DNA of 64,000 nt, from contig OZ024742.1 of NCBI GenBank assembly GCA_964016885.1, positions 131,006,001 through 131,070,000 on the forward strand, in the 5' to 3' direction. The notes under the pieces are model-generated. The model was not told the origin of the DNA and made no database searches. It was given only the letters and a program-made list of their open reading frames with translations. Position numbers and translations under genes: made by a program. Positions 42,955-57,237 of this stretch are shown piece after piece (the first letter of the stretch is position 1; each line of letters begins with the position of its first letter). This DNA is from Eledone cirrhosa (Eukaryota).

Positions 42955-43326
42955 TTGCTAAACTTGAGAGCCACTTCTGCTTGCCTAAACTCAAAGACCG
43001 AGAACTTCAGCTGTTGTCCTCATCTGAAATCACATCTGATCTGTAACTGGATTGACACTTCTTTGATAAATCAACCGCCTTGAACTCCTTCTCTGCTCTT
43101 TACTTCTAATACGGTTTTTTTATTTACTGAATCCACGTTCGGTACCCTTGTATTGTTTTTCTCCCGTATCTCCCCTTATATTTCACCTTTTCCTATGTCT
43201 TTTTTCCCCCCCTTATATTCTTTTTGCCTTACCCTTCACATACCAAAATGTATGTGTATGTATGTGTATGTATATATATATATATATCTGCTTTTCAAAA
43301 GGTGAGTTGAGATGGAGGGTCTGTTG

Positions 43327-43381
<55 letters not shown>

Positions 43382-43699
43382 GTATGTGTATATGTGTGTG
43401 TATGTGTGTGTGTGTGTGTGTGTGTATGTATTTGTGTATGCGTATGTATGTGTTTATGTATTTGTATATGTATATTTATGTGTGAGAAGTGTGTGTATGT
43501 ATTTATATGTGTATATATATATATATATGTAGATAGACCAGGTTTTTTTCATTCTGATGATTGAAGGAAACATTTTTTTGCTTTTAAGAAACCACTGGTG
43601 AATGGAATAATTGCCTTATGTTGTTTATTACATTACTATATATATGTATATGTATATTTTGGAGTTATATAAGGTTCTTATGAATTATCTAAGATTGAG

Positions 43700-43797
<98 letters not shown>

Positions 43798-43913
43798 TTG
43801 TATTTGGTTGTGCGTGTTTGTGATACGCACGTATTTGTATGCGTATAATTGTATAGTTATGTATGTATGTGTGTCTATGTATATATATATATATGTGCGT
43901 ATATGTATGTGTG

Positions 43914-44006
<93 letters not shown>

Positions 44007-44202
44007 GTGAGGTTTTTTTTACAAAATGAAAAATAACCGAGGTGTCCTACACGAGTGAAAGTATAAAGAAAAAGAGATGAAATCGAAAATGCAACTGGAG
44101 TCTTATTTTTTTAAAAAATATATATATTTATTTGGTTCCTTTACCGGTTTCGCAGTTCTTCTGCTTTTCAAAAGGTGAGTTGAGATGGAGGGTCTGTGGT
44201 TT

Positions 44203-44280
<78 letters not shown>

Positions 44281-44707
44281 ATATGTGTGTGTATATGTGT
44301 GTGTGTGTGTGTTTGTGTATGTATTTGTGTATGCGTATGTATGCGTTTATGTATTTGTATATGTATATTTATGTGTGAGAAGTGTGTGTATGTATTTACT
44401 ATTTCGTACGTATGTGTACGTGCATTTGTGTGTATTGCTTACCACGCGTGTCTGTTCATATATTCGTGGTTTGTATCGCTGTCAACTGTATAATAGTCTT
44501 TATGATTTTATTTTTTATATATATATATTTTTTCTTATATTTATTTGCGTGTGTGAATATGTAGAGGTGTGTGTATATATATTTTTCTAATTTTGTACAT
44601 GGATATGTATGCATTTATGTATGTGTATGTATGTACGTGTGTATATAGGTATGATTGTATGCATGTATGTATATGTATGTGTGTATGGCTATGTATGTGT
44701 ATGTGTA

Positions 44708-44744
<37 letters not shown>

Positions 44745-44915
44745 GTTTCTATATATATATATGTGTGTATATATGTGTGTGTGGTTGTATATATGCATGA
44801 GTATGTATGGATGTGTTGATATTTATGTGGGTATGTATGTATGTGTATATGTATGTGTATATGTGTATTTATATACACATATATATGTGTATATGTGTGT
44901 GTGTATGTATGAGTG

Positions 44916-44964
<49 letters not shown>

Positions 44965-45210
44965 ATGTATGCTTTTGTGTGTGTGCGTGTGTGTTTGTGT
45001 GTGTGTGTTTGCATGTGTGTTTTTATTTTATTTTTCCTTTCCTTCTTCTTTCTCCAGTCTCACATATAGATTGCATTTTTGTTTTTAAAATCTAAATTCA
45101 ATAAACAGACCAGGATTTTTTCATTCTGATGATTGAAAGCAACATTTTTTGCTTTTAAGAAAACCACTGGTAAATGGAATAATTGCCTTATGTTGTTTAT
45201 TACATAACTA
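41811..45210. repeat. Long inverted duplication (arms about 41811-42950 and 43760-45210, right arm interrupted)
   Basis: Unique segments mirror each other (41811-42010 vs 45005-45210; 42420-42720 vs 44310-44615). A deleted third copy lies at 43288-43640. Confidence 0.9.
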
Positions 45211-45365
45211 TATATATATATATATATTAATAATAATAAATGTGAAGACTAAAATCCAAAGAGGGCTCGATAAGCGTGAAGAGACCGTTATGCGTGAAAG
45301 CAGCGATTCTTTGCTTAAACTTTAATCTGTTATTTTAATATATATATATATATCTGTGTGTGTGT

Positions 45366-45424
<59 letters not shown>

Positions 45425-47053
45425 CGTGTGTATGTGTAATGAACAAAATCAACCTCTTACAGGACTCGAACTAATGACAATACAAGATTGAAATGAATCC
45501 GTATCTTACCTTAAACGTATCTAAAGTTTAAATTACTCTTCTAAGACAAACCCCATATCTGTGAATAATAATATAGAGTTTAGTTTAGGGCATCGTAGTT
45601 CATTATTTATTACAGTGTATAGATTACATGCATTGACTCGTAACTTCTGAGGGAATCGTAGAGCTGCCGTATTGACATAAGGCGTTTCTAGGGCATTTTT
45701 CATACTTGATGGAGCAGATTTCTCCCAGAGAAGGATAGAGAGTGAGAGACTGGAATTGAGAAAATGATAGAAAGGGCGAATCGTTCCCCGTGCTTGACGT
45801 AAGATTTTAGTGACCTTAAATGGAGGAAAAGAAAAATTAACCCCAGTGCTATTTGAACTCAGAGTAGAGAGCAGTACGAATGCTGTAAAGTATTTCACCA
45901 AACGTTTTAACGACTCTGCCGATTCACTGCCTTAGTGTATATCCTATATTTGTGTATAATACTTAGCAGCCTTGGACAGAAATAATATCTCCCTCTATGT
46001 ATTAGGAAATAAATTTGTCTTCAGATCATGTTTATCGATGGTTATATATAAGATGCCTCTTTTATACCAGATCTATTTTTTTTTTACAAAATAAAAAAAC
46101 AAAAAAAAAAGAACAAAAAAAAAAAGAACAAAAAACAAAAAAAAACTCTTATTGTAGTTATTTTGTAATTATTTCCTATTTATAGAAGGCTTTCTAATCG
46201 TTGGGAATGTAGCAAGTATTTCCTGTCAATTTCACATTTCGATTGAAGGATTTTCGGTTTTATCGACATTATATTTTTATTATTTTTAATGATTTTTTCT
46301 TCATTTTCTCAATTTCTTTATTTCACTATTCTCTCTATGTCTTTCTATCTCGAACATTCTCCACCCATCTTGTTCTCTTATTTTCTTCTTCCCCCTCCAC
46401 ACTCTCACCCTCTCTCCTCCTTAGTTGCCTCTATAGCTTTCTGTCCACTACCGTATCGATTTTAGCATCTATCAAAACATACAGTGAAACCATTTCCTTT
46501 CTTTAAATAAAAGAACTTCCAATATTAAAAGCAACTCTATTAGCTTACATCTCCTCATCTGATCATTAGCTATTACCATTTTTACTCTGACCCCTATGAA
46601 ACAAGATCTTTTTACACACCTCCAGTTGTAGCTGTCGGTTCCAATTTTTTCGATAACACATTTTCGCCAATGATACGTCTAAGGATAACTAGAATTGACG
46701 TTTTTAGTCAGGTGCTATTGGCACGTTCTTATTAACACTAAAACTTGTAGTTCCGATATATCATCTGGAATGTTCCGATTGGCCATTCCTTGTTTCTTTA
46801 TTTCTTTATTGCTTATTACTATATATTTTCCCAGTTTCCTTTCTTTCTTTCTTTCTTTGTCTTTCTTTCCTTCTTTCGAACTTTACCTATGTTCAAGGAT
46901 CTCCCCCCCCCCCTTCTCTCTCTAGTTCTCTACCTCTCTATCTAGCTAGCTATTTAATCTATCTACTAACTTACTCACCCACCATCTCTCTTCCTCTCTC
47001 TCCCTCCCTCGCTCTCTCTATCTATATATTTATCTATGTAATAACTTACCTAC

Positions 47054-47172
<119 letters not shown>

Positions 47173-47404
47173 CTTAGTATTTTCTCAAGTTACCAATTTC
47201 CAAATTTCTCTATTGTTCCATATATTTCTCCACTCTATACTCAGTGTTCTTTGCAATATCATTCTTTCCATCTTACTCAATTCTTTCACGTATTATCCAA
47301 CTATCCAATTTTCCCTACAGTATTTTATCTTTTAACTCTGTCACTGTGACGATATTAATGGCAAGAACGGGAGGTAATAAAAGTGCGATCGCTGCCACAT
47401 ACGT

Positions 47405-47440
47405 CTTGTTGTTGTTGTGATTGTTGTTGTTGTTGTTGTG

Positions 47441-47473
<33 letters not shown>

Positions 47474-47520
47474 CTTCTTCTTCTTCTTCTTCTTCTTCTT
47501 CTTCTTCTTCTTCTTCTTCT
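47405..47520. repeat. Compound (GTT)n(CTT)n microsatellite
   Basis: Seen directly. Confidence 0.95.
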
Positions 47521-47734
47521 AGTGCTGGACTAAAACTGTTTTGCAGCACTTTTATCACCCGACGTTCTGAGTTCTAACTTTCATTTCATCAACCTGGCAT
47601 TGGTAACCATTAGTTGTTGCTGGTATTTAGCCCTAGGTTTAATTCAGATTGAGTAGCCATATTACCAAATGCATTGCATCCGTGACCATCCCGTTTTAAA
47701 AGGTTTTATCGGTCTTTATTATGTAATGTGTCCT

Positions 47735-47980
47735 TGGCAGAATCGCTAGAGCGCCAGACACCATGCTTTGGAGCATAAAGTTATGACCTTATTATTACAA
47801 CGGTAGAGAGTCGGCCGCCATGCTTTCCAGCATAGAGTTATCTCCATTTACGGACTGAGTTCAAATCCCGCCGAGGTTAACTTTGCCTTTCATCCTTACG
47901 GGGTCGATAAAATAAAGCACCAGTAATGCACGGGGGGGGGGGGGGGTAATTGCTAGCCTTGAGCCCAAAGTAGTAATAAT
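47735..47980 (+). mobile_element. Meta-SINE(s), nested or duplicated head
   Basis: Two head fragments followed by an intact Meta domain. Confidence 0.75.
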
Positions 47981-48176
47981 TATGTAATATTTCTTTCCTT
48001 GGATCGGTTAACTACTAGTTGTTGTTAATGGGGAGGTTTGTGTTATTTCCAAATTAACCAGGATCGAACTGACCTACGATCAAAGGGACATCAGCCATGA
48101 TCCTTCGTGTTTGTTTTGTATATCAGGTCTACATTGTCCAACATCTCCTTTATTTGTGTGTGCGTGTGCATATGTA

Positions 48177-48215
<39 letters not shown>

Positions 48216-48220
<5 letters not shown>

Positions 48221-48580
48221 AGTATGTGCACGTACATACATATATGTGTACAGACGTACAGTAGTATGTATATATAATATACATACATGCACACATATAT
48301 ATATATGTACGTATGCATTCACCGAACATTTATTATAATGCACAACGATGGTTGCTAGACACTACGGCTTAATACGGGATGTTGTTTACAAACACACCGA
48401 GCATTATAATAAATGTTCGGTGAATCCATACGTACATATATATACGTGTGCATGTATGTATATATATATATATACATACTACTGTATGTCTGTATACATA
48501 TATGTATGTACGTGTACATACTTATATTTAAGTAACAACCGTACTAAGAGTGGGAAATGAAATTACGTTTCATTTTTCCG
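48216..48580. repeat. Fold-back module (arms 48216-48341 and 48401-48527)
   Basis: ccgaacatttattataatgc mirrored by gcattataataaatgttcgg. Same family as 25125-25760. Confidence 0.85.
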
Positions 48581-48588
48581 TTTTTATA

Positions 48589-48624
<36 letters not shown>

Positions 48625-49547
48625 TGTATGTATGTATGTATGTATGTATGTATGTATGTATGTTCTTCTGGTTTTATAATTTCACAAATGTTTGCCAATA
48701 CAGAGAGGGTCGGTTTCTAACATAGTTACAAGACTCTCTCTTTCGAATTTACACGACATCAACTAGATAGATATATCTGTATGCAGGCATGTATAGATAT
48801 GGATGTTATTGTATGTGTGGATGTGTATGTTTTGAGAGATATGTGTGCATGTGTATACGCTTTGTATCTGTACATGTGTATAAGCAGTTATTAGATGCAA
48901 CATGTTTATGTATGTATGTATGTATGTATGTATGTATGTATGTATGTATGTATGTATGTATGTATGGACCTTCCAAAATCACCGGGAGAGATGACCCCTT
49001 AGCCTTTGTCAAGGCAGAATTCTAGGAGAAGGAAAACTCTGATATAACACCTGTAACCCTGATGGTATCCAATGATGTTGACTTGTTCTTCTTTTTGGTA
49101 AATATCATCTTGGTTAAGAGAGTGGGACTGGCTTTGTGCAGTGCCTTTGCTCACTATAAAAGCTTCACGGCACAGGCATTGCTTTATATCTGGAGATCTC
49201 TCTGCACTTGTCGTCACATGGTACCATGGGCCCAGCACTATGTGTCAATAATTGTCACAAGTGAAGTGTTTCTACCAGAGTTTTCAAGTCGCTGGCTGGA
49301 CTAAAAAGTCACATTCGTTCAGCGCATCGGTAGGGGTTCTCCTACATGGATATAAAGTAGTGGCCGTACTCGAAAACGAGTTGGCAGCCGCCATGTATGT
49401 ATGTATGTATGTATGTATGTATGTATGTATGTATGTATGTATGTATGTATGTATGTATGTATGTATGTGTATGTGCGTATGTATGTATGTGTGTGTATGT
49501 GTATACGTATGTATGTATGTGTGTATGTGCGTATGTATGTATTTAAA

Positions 49548-49735
49548 GGCATGTGGCTTAGTGGTTAGGTTTTTCGTCCCAAGATCGTAAGGCCATGAGT
49601 TCGATTCTTGGCGGCGTGTTGTGACTTGAGCAAGACACTTTATTTCAAGTTGCTTCAGTCAACTCAGCAACAAAAAATGAGTTGTACCTGTAATTTGAAG
49701 GGTCAGTCTTTTCGCATTCTGTGTCACTCTGAACA
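49548..49735 (+). mobile_element. tRNA-derived CORE-type SINE
   Basis: gtggcttagtggtt (A box), gagttcgattc (B box), gacttgagcaagacacttta. Confidence 0.75.
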
Positions 49736-49869
49736 CATTCTGCCGAGGTCAATTTTGCCGTTTATCTTTCTGAGGTGAATAAGATAAAGTTCTAGTTAAG
49801 GAGTGAGTCGATATAATCGACTGTTCTCCCCTCCCCCACAGATTTCTGGCCTTAAGTCTATGTAAATAA

Positions 49870-50073
49870 TGGTTTCTTATATAGACACAAGGCCAGCAAT
49901 TTTGGGGGAAGGGAAAGTGGACCAAATCGACCCAGTACATTACTGGTACTTTATTTTATGGACCCCGTAAGGATGAAAGGCAAAGTTAACCTCGGCGGAA
50001 TTTGAACTCAGATCATAAAGGGCCGTAACTCTATGCTGCAAAGCATGGCGTCCGACCCTCTGCCGATACTGCC
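49870..50073 (-). mobile_element. Meta-SINE
   Basis: Close match to 4487-4704. Further copies at 53505-53631 (minus) and 56743-56925 (plus). Confidence 0.85.
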
Positions 50074-50220
50074 AAATAATAATAGTCATTATGTCTAATA
50101 ACTGTCTGTGAAAATTCTATGGTTTAATTAGAAACAACCAACAAATATTTAAAATCTACATGGTATTTTAAATGTCACACACACACACATATATATATAT
50201 ATATACATGTATATATATAA

Positions 50221-50470
50221 CTAGTATATTCGTCCGGGATTTAATAACCCAATTCCTACCCGCCTCTTTCCATAAAACTTGTTACAGCTTTCTCTCACTT
50301 CCAGTCTCACTATCACTCCCGCTTACACACAATAACACACAATCGTACCATCCTATTTCCATAAAGACTTGTTACAGATTGGGTTTAAAAACACACCACG
50401 TCTCTCTTTTTTACATTCAGCGTAACAGACGTTTTATGTGAGATATACACAAGTTTTTTAATGTAATAGA
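50221..50470 (-). mobile_element. Small non-autonomous Helitron-like element
   Basis: Reverse strand a|TCtattacattaaaa...cccggacgaatataCTAG|t. Internal repeat tttccataaa(a/g)acttgttacag occurs twice. Confidence 0.5.
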
Positions 50471-51459
50471 TTGCTGGAAGTTATAATATGTGGCATGGTT
50501 CGAAACAGTTCCCATATTTGTTTATTTCGACTCAGACAAAATACTAAATTTTCAAGGTTGTTCATGGATTATAATCTACAGTATTAATATCTCTGAATCT
50601 TGTTTGTAATTATTTTTCTACCAATCTTCCTGTAGTGAAAGACAAAGTTAACTCTGGCGAGAATTGTACACAGAATAAGGAAGACCTGGATTTTGGAGTA
50701 ACATAATATAATTAGACAAGGCTGCCTTTTAGCGAATTTACTATCATTATAGTGTATTGTAATAAACGAAAAAATATAAAGGAAATTTCAAAATAGAACA
50801 TTTAAAATGATTTCTAATATGTTTTGTTTTAAATATTTTATACGAAACAACGAAAATAAAAACAACAAAAAATACAAAAAAAAATGTGTCTAGTTAGAAT
50901 TTAATTGCTTCGAGGGAAAATACATTAAATGCATTTTACTGTCTTTTCAGTAACATTCTTCCTATACAAATCGTGCTGTTGAATCAGCAAAATCAGTCAA
51001 GATCTTGCTTACATCTTCCATGTTGGATCAGATTATAAAATGAAATGTCACTTTAAGCTTTCTAACAATTAAGCTACATTATTTATTTTCTTTTTCTAAT
51101 GTTTTTTTCTTTGATTGTAATATTCTTTTCACCATTCTGATCGCTTATTTATGTGAATGTGTTATCGGTAAATCTAAGATGGATCCTTAATCAGGAACCA
51201 TTTGAATATCAAGCCTAACGTTTCCTGATCTTGATCACACGAAACAAGCATAAAACCTTCTATTCTATTCTCCCCCACCAGTAAATCCTCTGCTCGATTC
51301 AAATATACTTAAATAATATACACACAGTACACATACATACACATAACCTATACAGTCATATAGATGATATTTCTAACACATAACACAGCAACACACACAC
51401 ATGTATGTATATGTAAAGGAATGATATATATATATATATATATAAATGTACATACATAC

Positions 51460-51502
<43 letters not shown>

Positions 51503-51544
51503 GATGTACATATATATATATGTCTGCGTGTGTGTGGATACACA

Positions 51545-51591
<47 letters not shown>

Positions 51592-51809
51592 TTAACGCCT
51601 ATTTCCAAAGTGGGGTGGTGTGTTAGAAACGATCGTCAGGGTTGAACCAGGGATAAACAACAGTAACAACAACAACAAACCTGGCGTCGACAATGGCAAA
51701 ATTCAGCGTATATTTCTAACGAGCTCACGAGGAAGCTTCTGTGTAGTTACTTGATCTATTAGAAATAGCAGCGAAATAACTTTCAAATCAAACAGTCTAA
51801 ATTAATCTA

Positions 51810-52045
51810 AAGTCTGCCTCGTGCTCGGAAGCTCATCATGCCGGTGCTTATCCGTGGCGCTAAGTGAGGGGGAGTACAAGATGCCAGTCCATCGCCGGGT
51901 TAAATCCCCAGCTACTGCTGAGTAAACTGGAGCAACGGGAAATGAAGCGTTTTGCTCAAGAACACAACACACAGCCCAGTCCAGAAATTGAACCCACCAC
52001 GTTATGATTGTAAGTCCAACACACTTACCAATTGGCCACGCGCTC
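51810..52045 (-). mobile_element. tRNA-derived CORE-type SINE
   Basis: Reverse strand: gcgtggccaattggt...gggttcaatttc...gttcttgagcaaaacgcttc...ccagtttactcagc. Confidence 0.75.
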
Positions 52046-53438
52046 CAAAAGTCCTGACCTAAAAATATAAAGGAAAGTAACATTAGACAATGCAGTTTCT
52101 GATTTACAAAAAAGTGATGAATGTATGCCTGGAGTGTATGCCTGGAACGGATTTGATTAAAGATGGGACTAAGCAACAACAGACTCCCGTCCCTCACCCA
52201 GTATATCCACCTATCACCTACATTGGACCATCAACATATTACTGCTCACTTGTAAGTTTCCTTTTATATACTATACTTCCCATGTGTATATGTGCAGATA
52301 ACTTTACCACCTCGTCTTCCCTTGTATGGGTGTATGTATGTAGCACGTGCGTGCATGTGTATGATACATGTAGGTGTGCATATGCAGACAATTTTACCAC
52401 CTCCTCTCTCCATACGGACATGTATGGGCCTGTGTGTATGCATATGAGTCTGTGTATGGATGTGCATGTGCATAAATATATGTATATATATGTTTATATA
52501 TATATATATTTATGTCCTTGAGCAAGACATTTTATTTTACGTTGCTCCTTCTACCTGGAGTTGCGACTGATAGATAGTACTAGCAATTGGAAAGACCAAC
52601 GGAAACATTGTTTCCTCGGTCGGATTTGACGAAAGTCGATCGACAAAATATGTTTATGTATTTGTCTGTACATGACTGCACATGCATGCATATATGCAGG
52701 TATGGGAATGTGCATAAATGTGTGTGTGCATGTATGTGTGAAAACGAGTATGTGTATGTGTATATATGAATGTGCTTGTGCACCGACTCATTTCTTTGCT
52801 CTCTAAATTCTTACCTCACCCCATTCCTTTCAGTAAAGTAATAATTGATTTTTCATTCATGCATTTCTACATAAAACCTTCTAAAACTCCACAGTATAGT
52901 GTTGTATCTACTTGTATGTATGCAATATATATGCACATAATACATACACTTTATCACTTGTTACCAACCCATATCCACTTTACTTACTTTTAAACTCTTA
53001 TATTTTACCTCATCTTATTTGAACAAATTTAATAATTTTTATTGATCATTTGCTCATTTACTTCTATAAAAGCCACTTTCTATTGTTAATTCTTCACTTT
53101 AAAATATCCTTATCCCCCACTCTTCCACTCCTATTCCTATCATCATTATGCCAATTTTTCTCCAACGCTACTACTACCCATTACACCCACTACCCCGTAA
53201 CCCTAACTCCACCCCACATACTTTCTTCTCCTGGCCTCTTACCTGTCCAGTTGCACTTACAAGTCTCTGCTCCAGCCCACCTTCTCCATTAGACCAGTTT
53301 ACTACTATGAAAAAATCAAGCAAAACACTACCAAGAGCAGTGACCTATCTGTTCAGAACCTACAAATATTAATATATCCCCGTAAAGGCTTGCTGAATAC
53401 ATAACCCGAAACCGCTTGGTGTCGCGGTTGGGATTTTA

Positions 53439-53505
<67 letters not shown>

Positions 53506-53631
53506 ATCCCAGTGCATTACTGGTACTTTATTTTATCGACTCTGTAAGGATGAAAGGCAAAGTTAACCTCGGCAGGATTTGAACTCAGATCAGAAAGGGG
53601 CGTAACTCTGTGCTGCAAAGCCTGTTGTCCG

Positions 53632-54445
53632 AAAACACACTCACTGTTTGGTTAGGATTGGCTTTTGCTTCTGTATATTTTATATCCCTGTAGTTAATTT
53701 AGCTGGCAATCAATGTTTATCATTGATTGACTTACGGTTAAAAATATAGATACAAATATATATATATAGTCTATCAAAGTTCTTTCATCACACGCCTGTG
53801 ACAACATCAGTGGAACTACTATGTTTCCTCCCGTTGTATTGTAATGTATATTCTATTTTTTATTTATTTATTTATCTATTCTTGTCTCTGTTGGCGCATG
53901 CGTTTGTGTGTGTGTTTTCTGTTTGGTGTGTGTTCGTGTCTGAGACTCTGTGTGATTGTATTCTATCTTTATTCACGAGTGTGTGTTTATGTGTGTTTAT
54001 GTGTGAGTGTTATTGTACCTGTGTATATTTATTTATATTTATCTTAGGTCAGTATAGTTGTTGTTGTTATTCCATTCATTTTTTTTCTGTTCATCTTTGG
54101 TTTTCTTAGTTCTATTTCAGTTGTTTCTCTGATTTGTCTACCTGTTGAGTCATTTCTATGTTTAGATATTATTTTAATTTCTATGTTGTCTATATTACCA
54201 TCATGTCTTAGTCTGGCCTGTTCATATAGTACCAAACCGTCTTTTTATCCTTTTAGTTCACCCCAGTGTTGGTCAATTCTCTCCCTTATGCTTCGAGCGG
54301 TCTCACTTATGTATGTCGTTATCATGTTTCTACAAGTACCCTCTGTACATCTTACGCTATAGACTACATTTCTAGTTTTCCAATTTATTTGTGGATTTAT
54401 TCTACATATAACACATTTCTTATTAGTACAGTGGGTTTTCTTAAA
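53632..54445 (-). mobile_element. PLE 3' end: GIY-YIG endonuclease remnant followed by an HHR-bearing terminal repeat
   Basis: CTNKKCVIC...NVVYSVRC...YISETARSIRERIDQH, RQIRETTEIELRKPKMN. HHR variant cca-CTGATGT-tgtcacaggcgtgtgat-GAAAGAACTT at 53773-53813. Confidence 0.88.
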
Positions 54446-54675
54446 GGGGGGTATATATATATATGTGTGTGTATATATATGTATATATATACGGTTACTT
54501 CTAACTTTCATCTATTTTCTGATTTCTTCGTCTATCTTCTGATCAATGGCTACAAACGAAAAGTAAAAAAAAATTCCTACAGTATCTCACGTTAAATTAA
54601 TATATATCATCAATTTACACTATTTCGTTCTCTGTGTTGCTTGTCCTCACTGAATCTTTGCACATACATAGACAT

Positions 54676-54720
<45 letters not shown>

Positions 54721-54783
54721 AATGTATAAAAAATATAAACACACCCACACATATACACTCATATACACACGTGCACACACGCA

Positions 54784-54899
<116 letters not shown>

Positions 54900-55157
54900 C
54901 AAAATGGAGTTAGTTAACGTTTGGAAAAAACAGGATATTTTGACAAAGAAAACAATCATGGATAGTTGAAAAACAATATGGATTCTCATTATCAGTTGCA
55001 CCAAATGCCTAAAGACTGAACTACATGATAGAAAAAGTAGTGCATTTTTGTCCATGGATATATACACAGACGCACACATATACAGACATACTCACACGTA
55101 CACAAAGACACAAACACACACACTCTCACCCCACCCATATATATATATATATATATA

Positions 55158-55213
<56 letters not shown>

Positions 55214-55355
55214 GTACGGAGATCTATATATAAGTGACTTTAGATAGAATACTTTTTTGACTATCTTTGTACTTCCATAACTAGAGTTTGTCTTACTTAA
55301 TTTTAATATATACACACACACATATATATATATATATAAACACATACACACATAT

Positions 55356-55417
<62 letters not shown>

Positions 55418-55557
55418 GGTGTGTGTGTAAAGCACATGTAAAAGCTGAATAAATGAAATGTTTTAAAAACTAATTCCAACGCTTCTTGAATAAACCCACC
55501 ATTTTCTTCTCTTCTACACACACATATACAAACATGCACACACACACATATATAAAC

Positions 55558-55589
<32 letters not shown>

Positions 55590-56109
55590 GCAGAAATCCA
55601 ACGAAGAAAAAATACACAGGGGAACAATCTGTACAATGAAGATAGAATGAGAGATAAGCGAATGTAAGAGGAGGACGATTCGAAAAGAAAAAAAAAATGT
55701 TTACGGGTAGAAAGCACGTGCGTGTTGAATCACCCAATATTGGGAAGTGCAGGTCAGAATATATCTTAGATATAAGATTTTTAAAGGGGAGATAATGCTT
55801 ATAAATTTTGTGTACCGGCTTGTTTGTACATATCTGTGAGTGTCTGATGTGCTGTTGCAAGATTAGGTGAGTTAGTGAGTGATTATATATTAATATGTGT
55901 GAGCTTGAGTGTGTGTGGTTCAACAAAATGAAACCTAAGAAATGAGTGCCAGGCTTGAAAAAAATAGTATTCTGGTCAATATGTTCAGCTAAATCAAGGT
56001 GGTGCCTCAGCCTGTTTGCAGACAATTGACGGAAACCAGTAAAGAATGAACAGAATATGTATTTTACATACACACACATAGACACACACACACACACATA
56101 TATATATAC

Positions 56110-56158
<49 letters not shown>

Positions 56159-56164
56159 TATATG

Positions 56165-56217
<53 letters not shown>

Positions 56218-56222
56218 GTATG

Positions 56223-56254
<32 letters not shown>

Positions 56255-56289
56255 TACATATATATGTATGCAAACGCACGCACATACAA

Positions 56290-56340
<51 letters not shown>

Positions 56341-57030
56341 CATTTTATATATGCATTCTGAAATGTGCGTGTCTGTTCTCTAAACGAGTGTATATAATAT
56401 ACAATATAATTTTTTTGTTTTCCATCTTCTCGTTGACAAGTGTATTAGATATTCCAATCAACGAATCTTCTCTTGCTGTCGTCAGTCTTTCGAAATTGAA
56501 GAATAAAGAACGATGAGAAAGTTCGTGCAACACTAAATAATGAATACGAGAAGACAAAGGTTATGTATAAGTAGTTTAATCACTTATGTTCTTTTAAATT
56601 CATTTATTGATATCTTCTTATCTATCTGAGATGTAACCAGAAATAAAACAATGCGGAGGAGAAAACTACTGTGTGCGCACTAAAGACAAATGTCTATATA
56701 TAAAACAGTCCAAGCCACTCTAGATAAACACACACATATAATGCGGACGGCTAGTATCGGTAGAGGGTCGGACGCCATGCTTTGACGCATAGAGTTACGT
56801 CCCTTGCCATTCTGAGTTCAAATCCCGCTAAGGTTAACTTTGCCTTTCATCCTTATGGCGTCGATAAAATAAAGTACCAGTAATATACTGGTTAATTGTT
56901 GGCCTTGTGCCAAAATTAGAAACAATTATAATATTATAATCACTCCCAGTTGCGCTATCCGCAGCAATCCGCGGCAATCCGCGGCAATCCGCGGCAATCC
57001 GCAAAATTCATTGTAGCAACGGAGAGAAAT

Positions 57031-57059
<29 letters not shown>

Positions 57060-57063
<4 letters not shown>

Positions 57064-57237
57064 CACAGAAAAGAGAGAATCAGTGTTGCGACGAAAGGAA
57101 TTTATTGGACATATAATAAATTCCTTTCGTCGCAACACTGATTCTCTTTTTTCTGTGATATCATACTCTGGTCTATGAGGGCATCGAATGTTCATAGGTC
57201 CTACCGCATACGGACGCTTTAAGCATCCAACACCAAT
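57060..57237. repeat. Fold-back module (46-bp arms plus tail) between (TA)n runs
   Basis: tatcacagaaa...ggaatttatt-ggacatat-aataaattcc...tttctgtgata. The tail resembles the 6739 terminus. Confidence 0.88.

Noticed and set aside
43553-45140. CTGATGA-TT-GAA(A) motifs at 43554 and 45126
   Set aside because: No stem II, stem III or stem I partner.
47355-47558. Poly-E/poly-Q ORF
   Set aside because: A trinucleotide microsatellite without coding context.
49548-49620. tRNA gene
   Set aside because: The A/B boxes run into a SINE CORE domain, with no cloverleaf.
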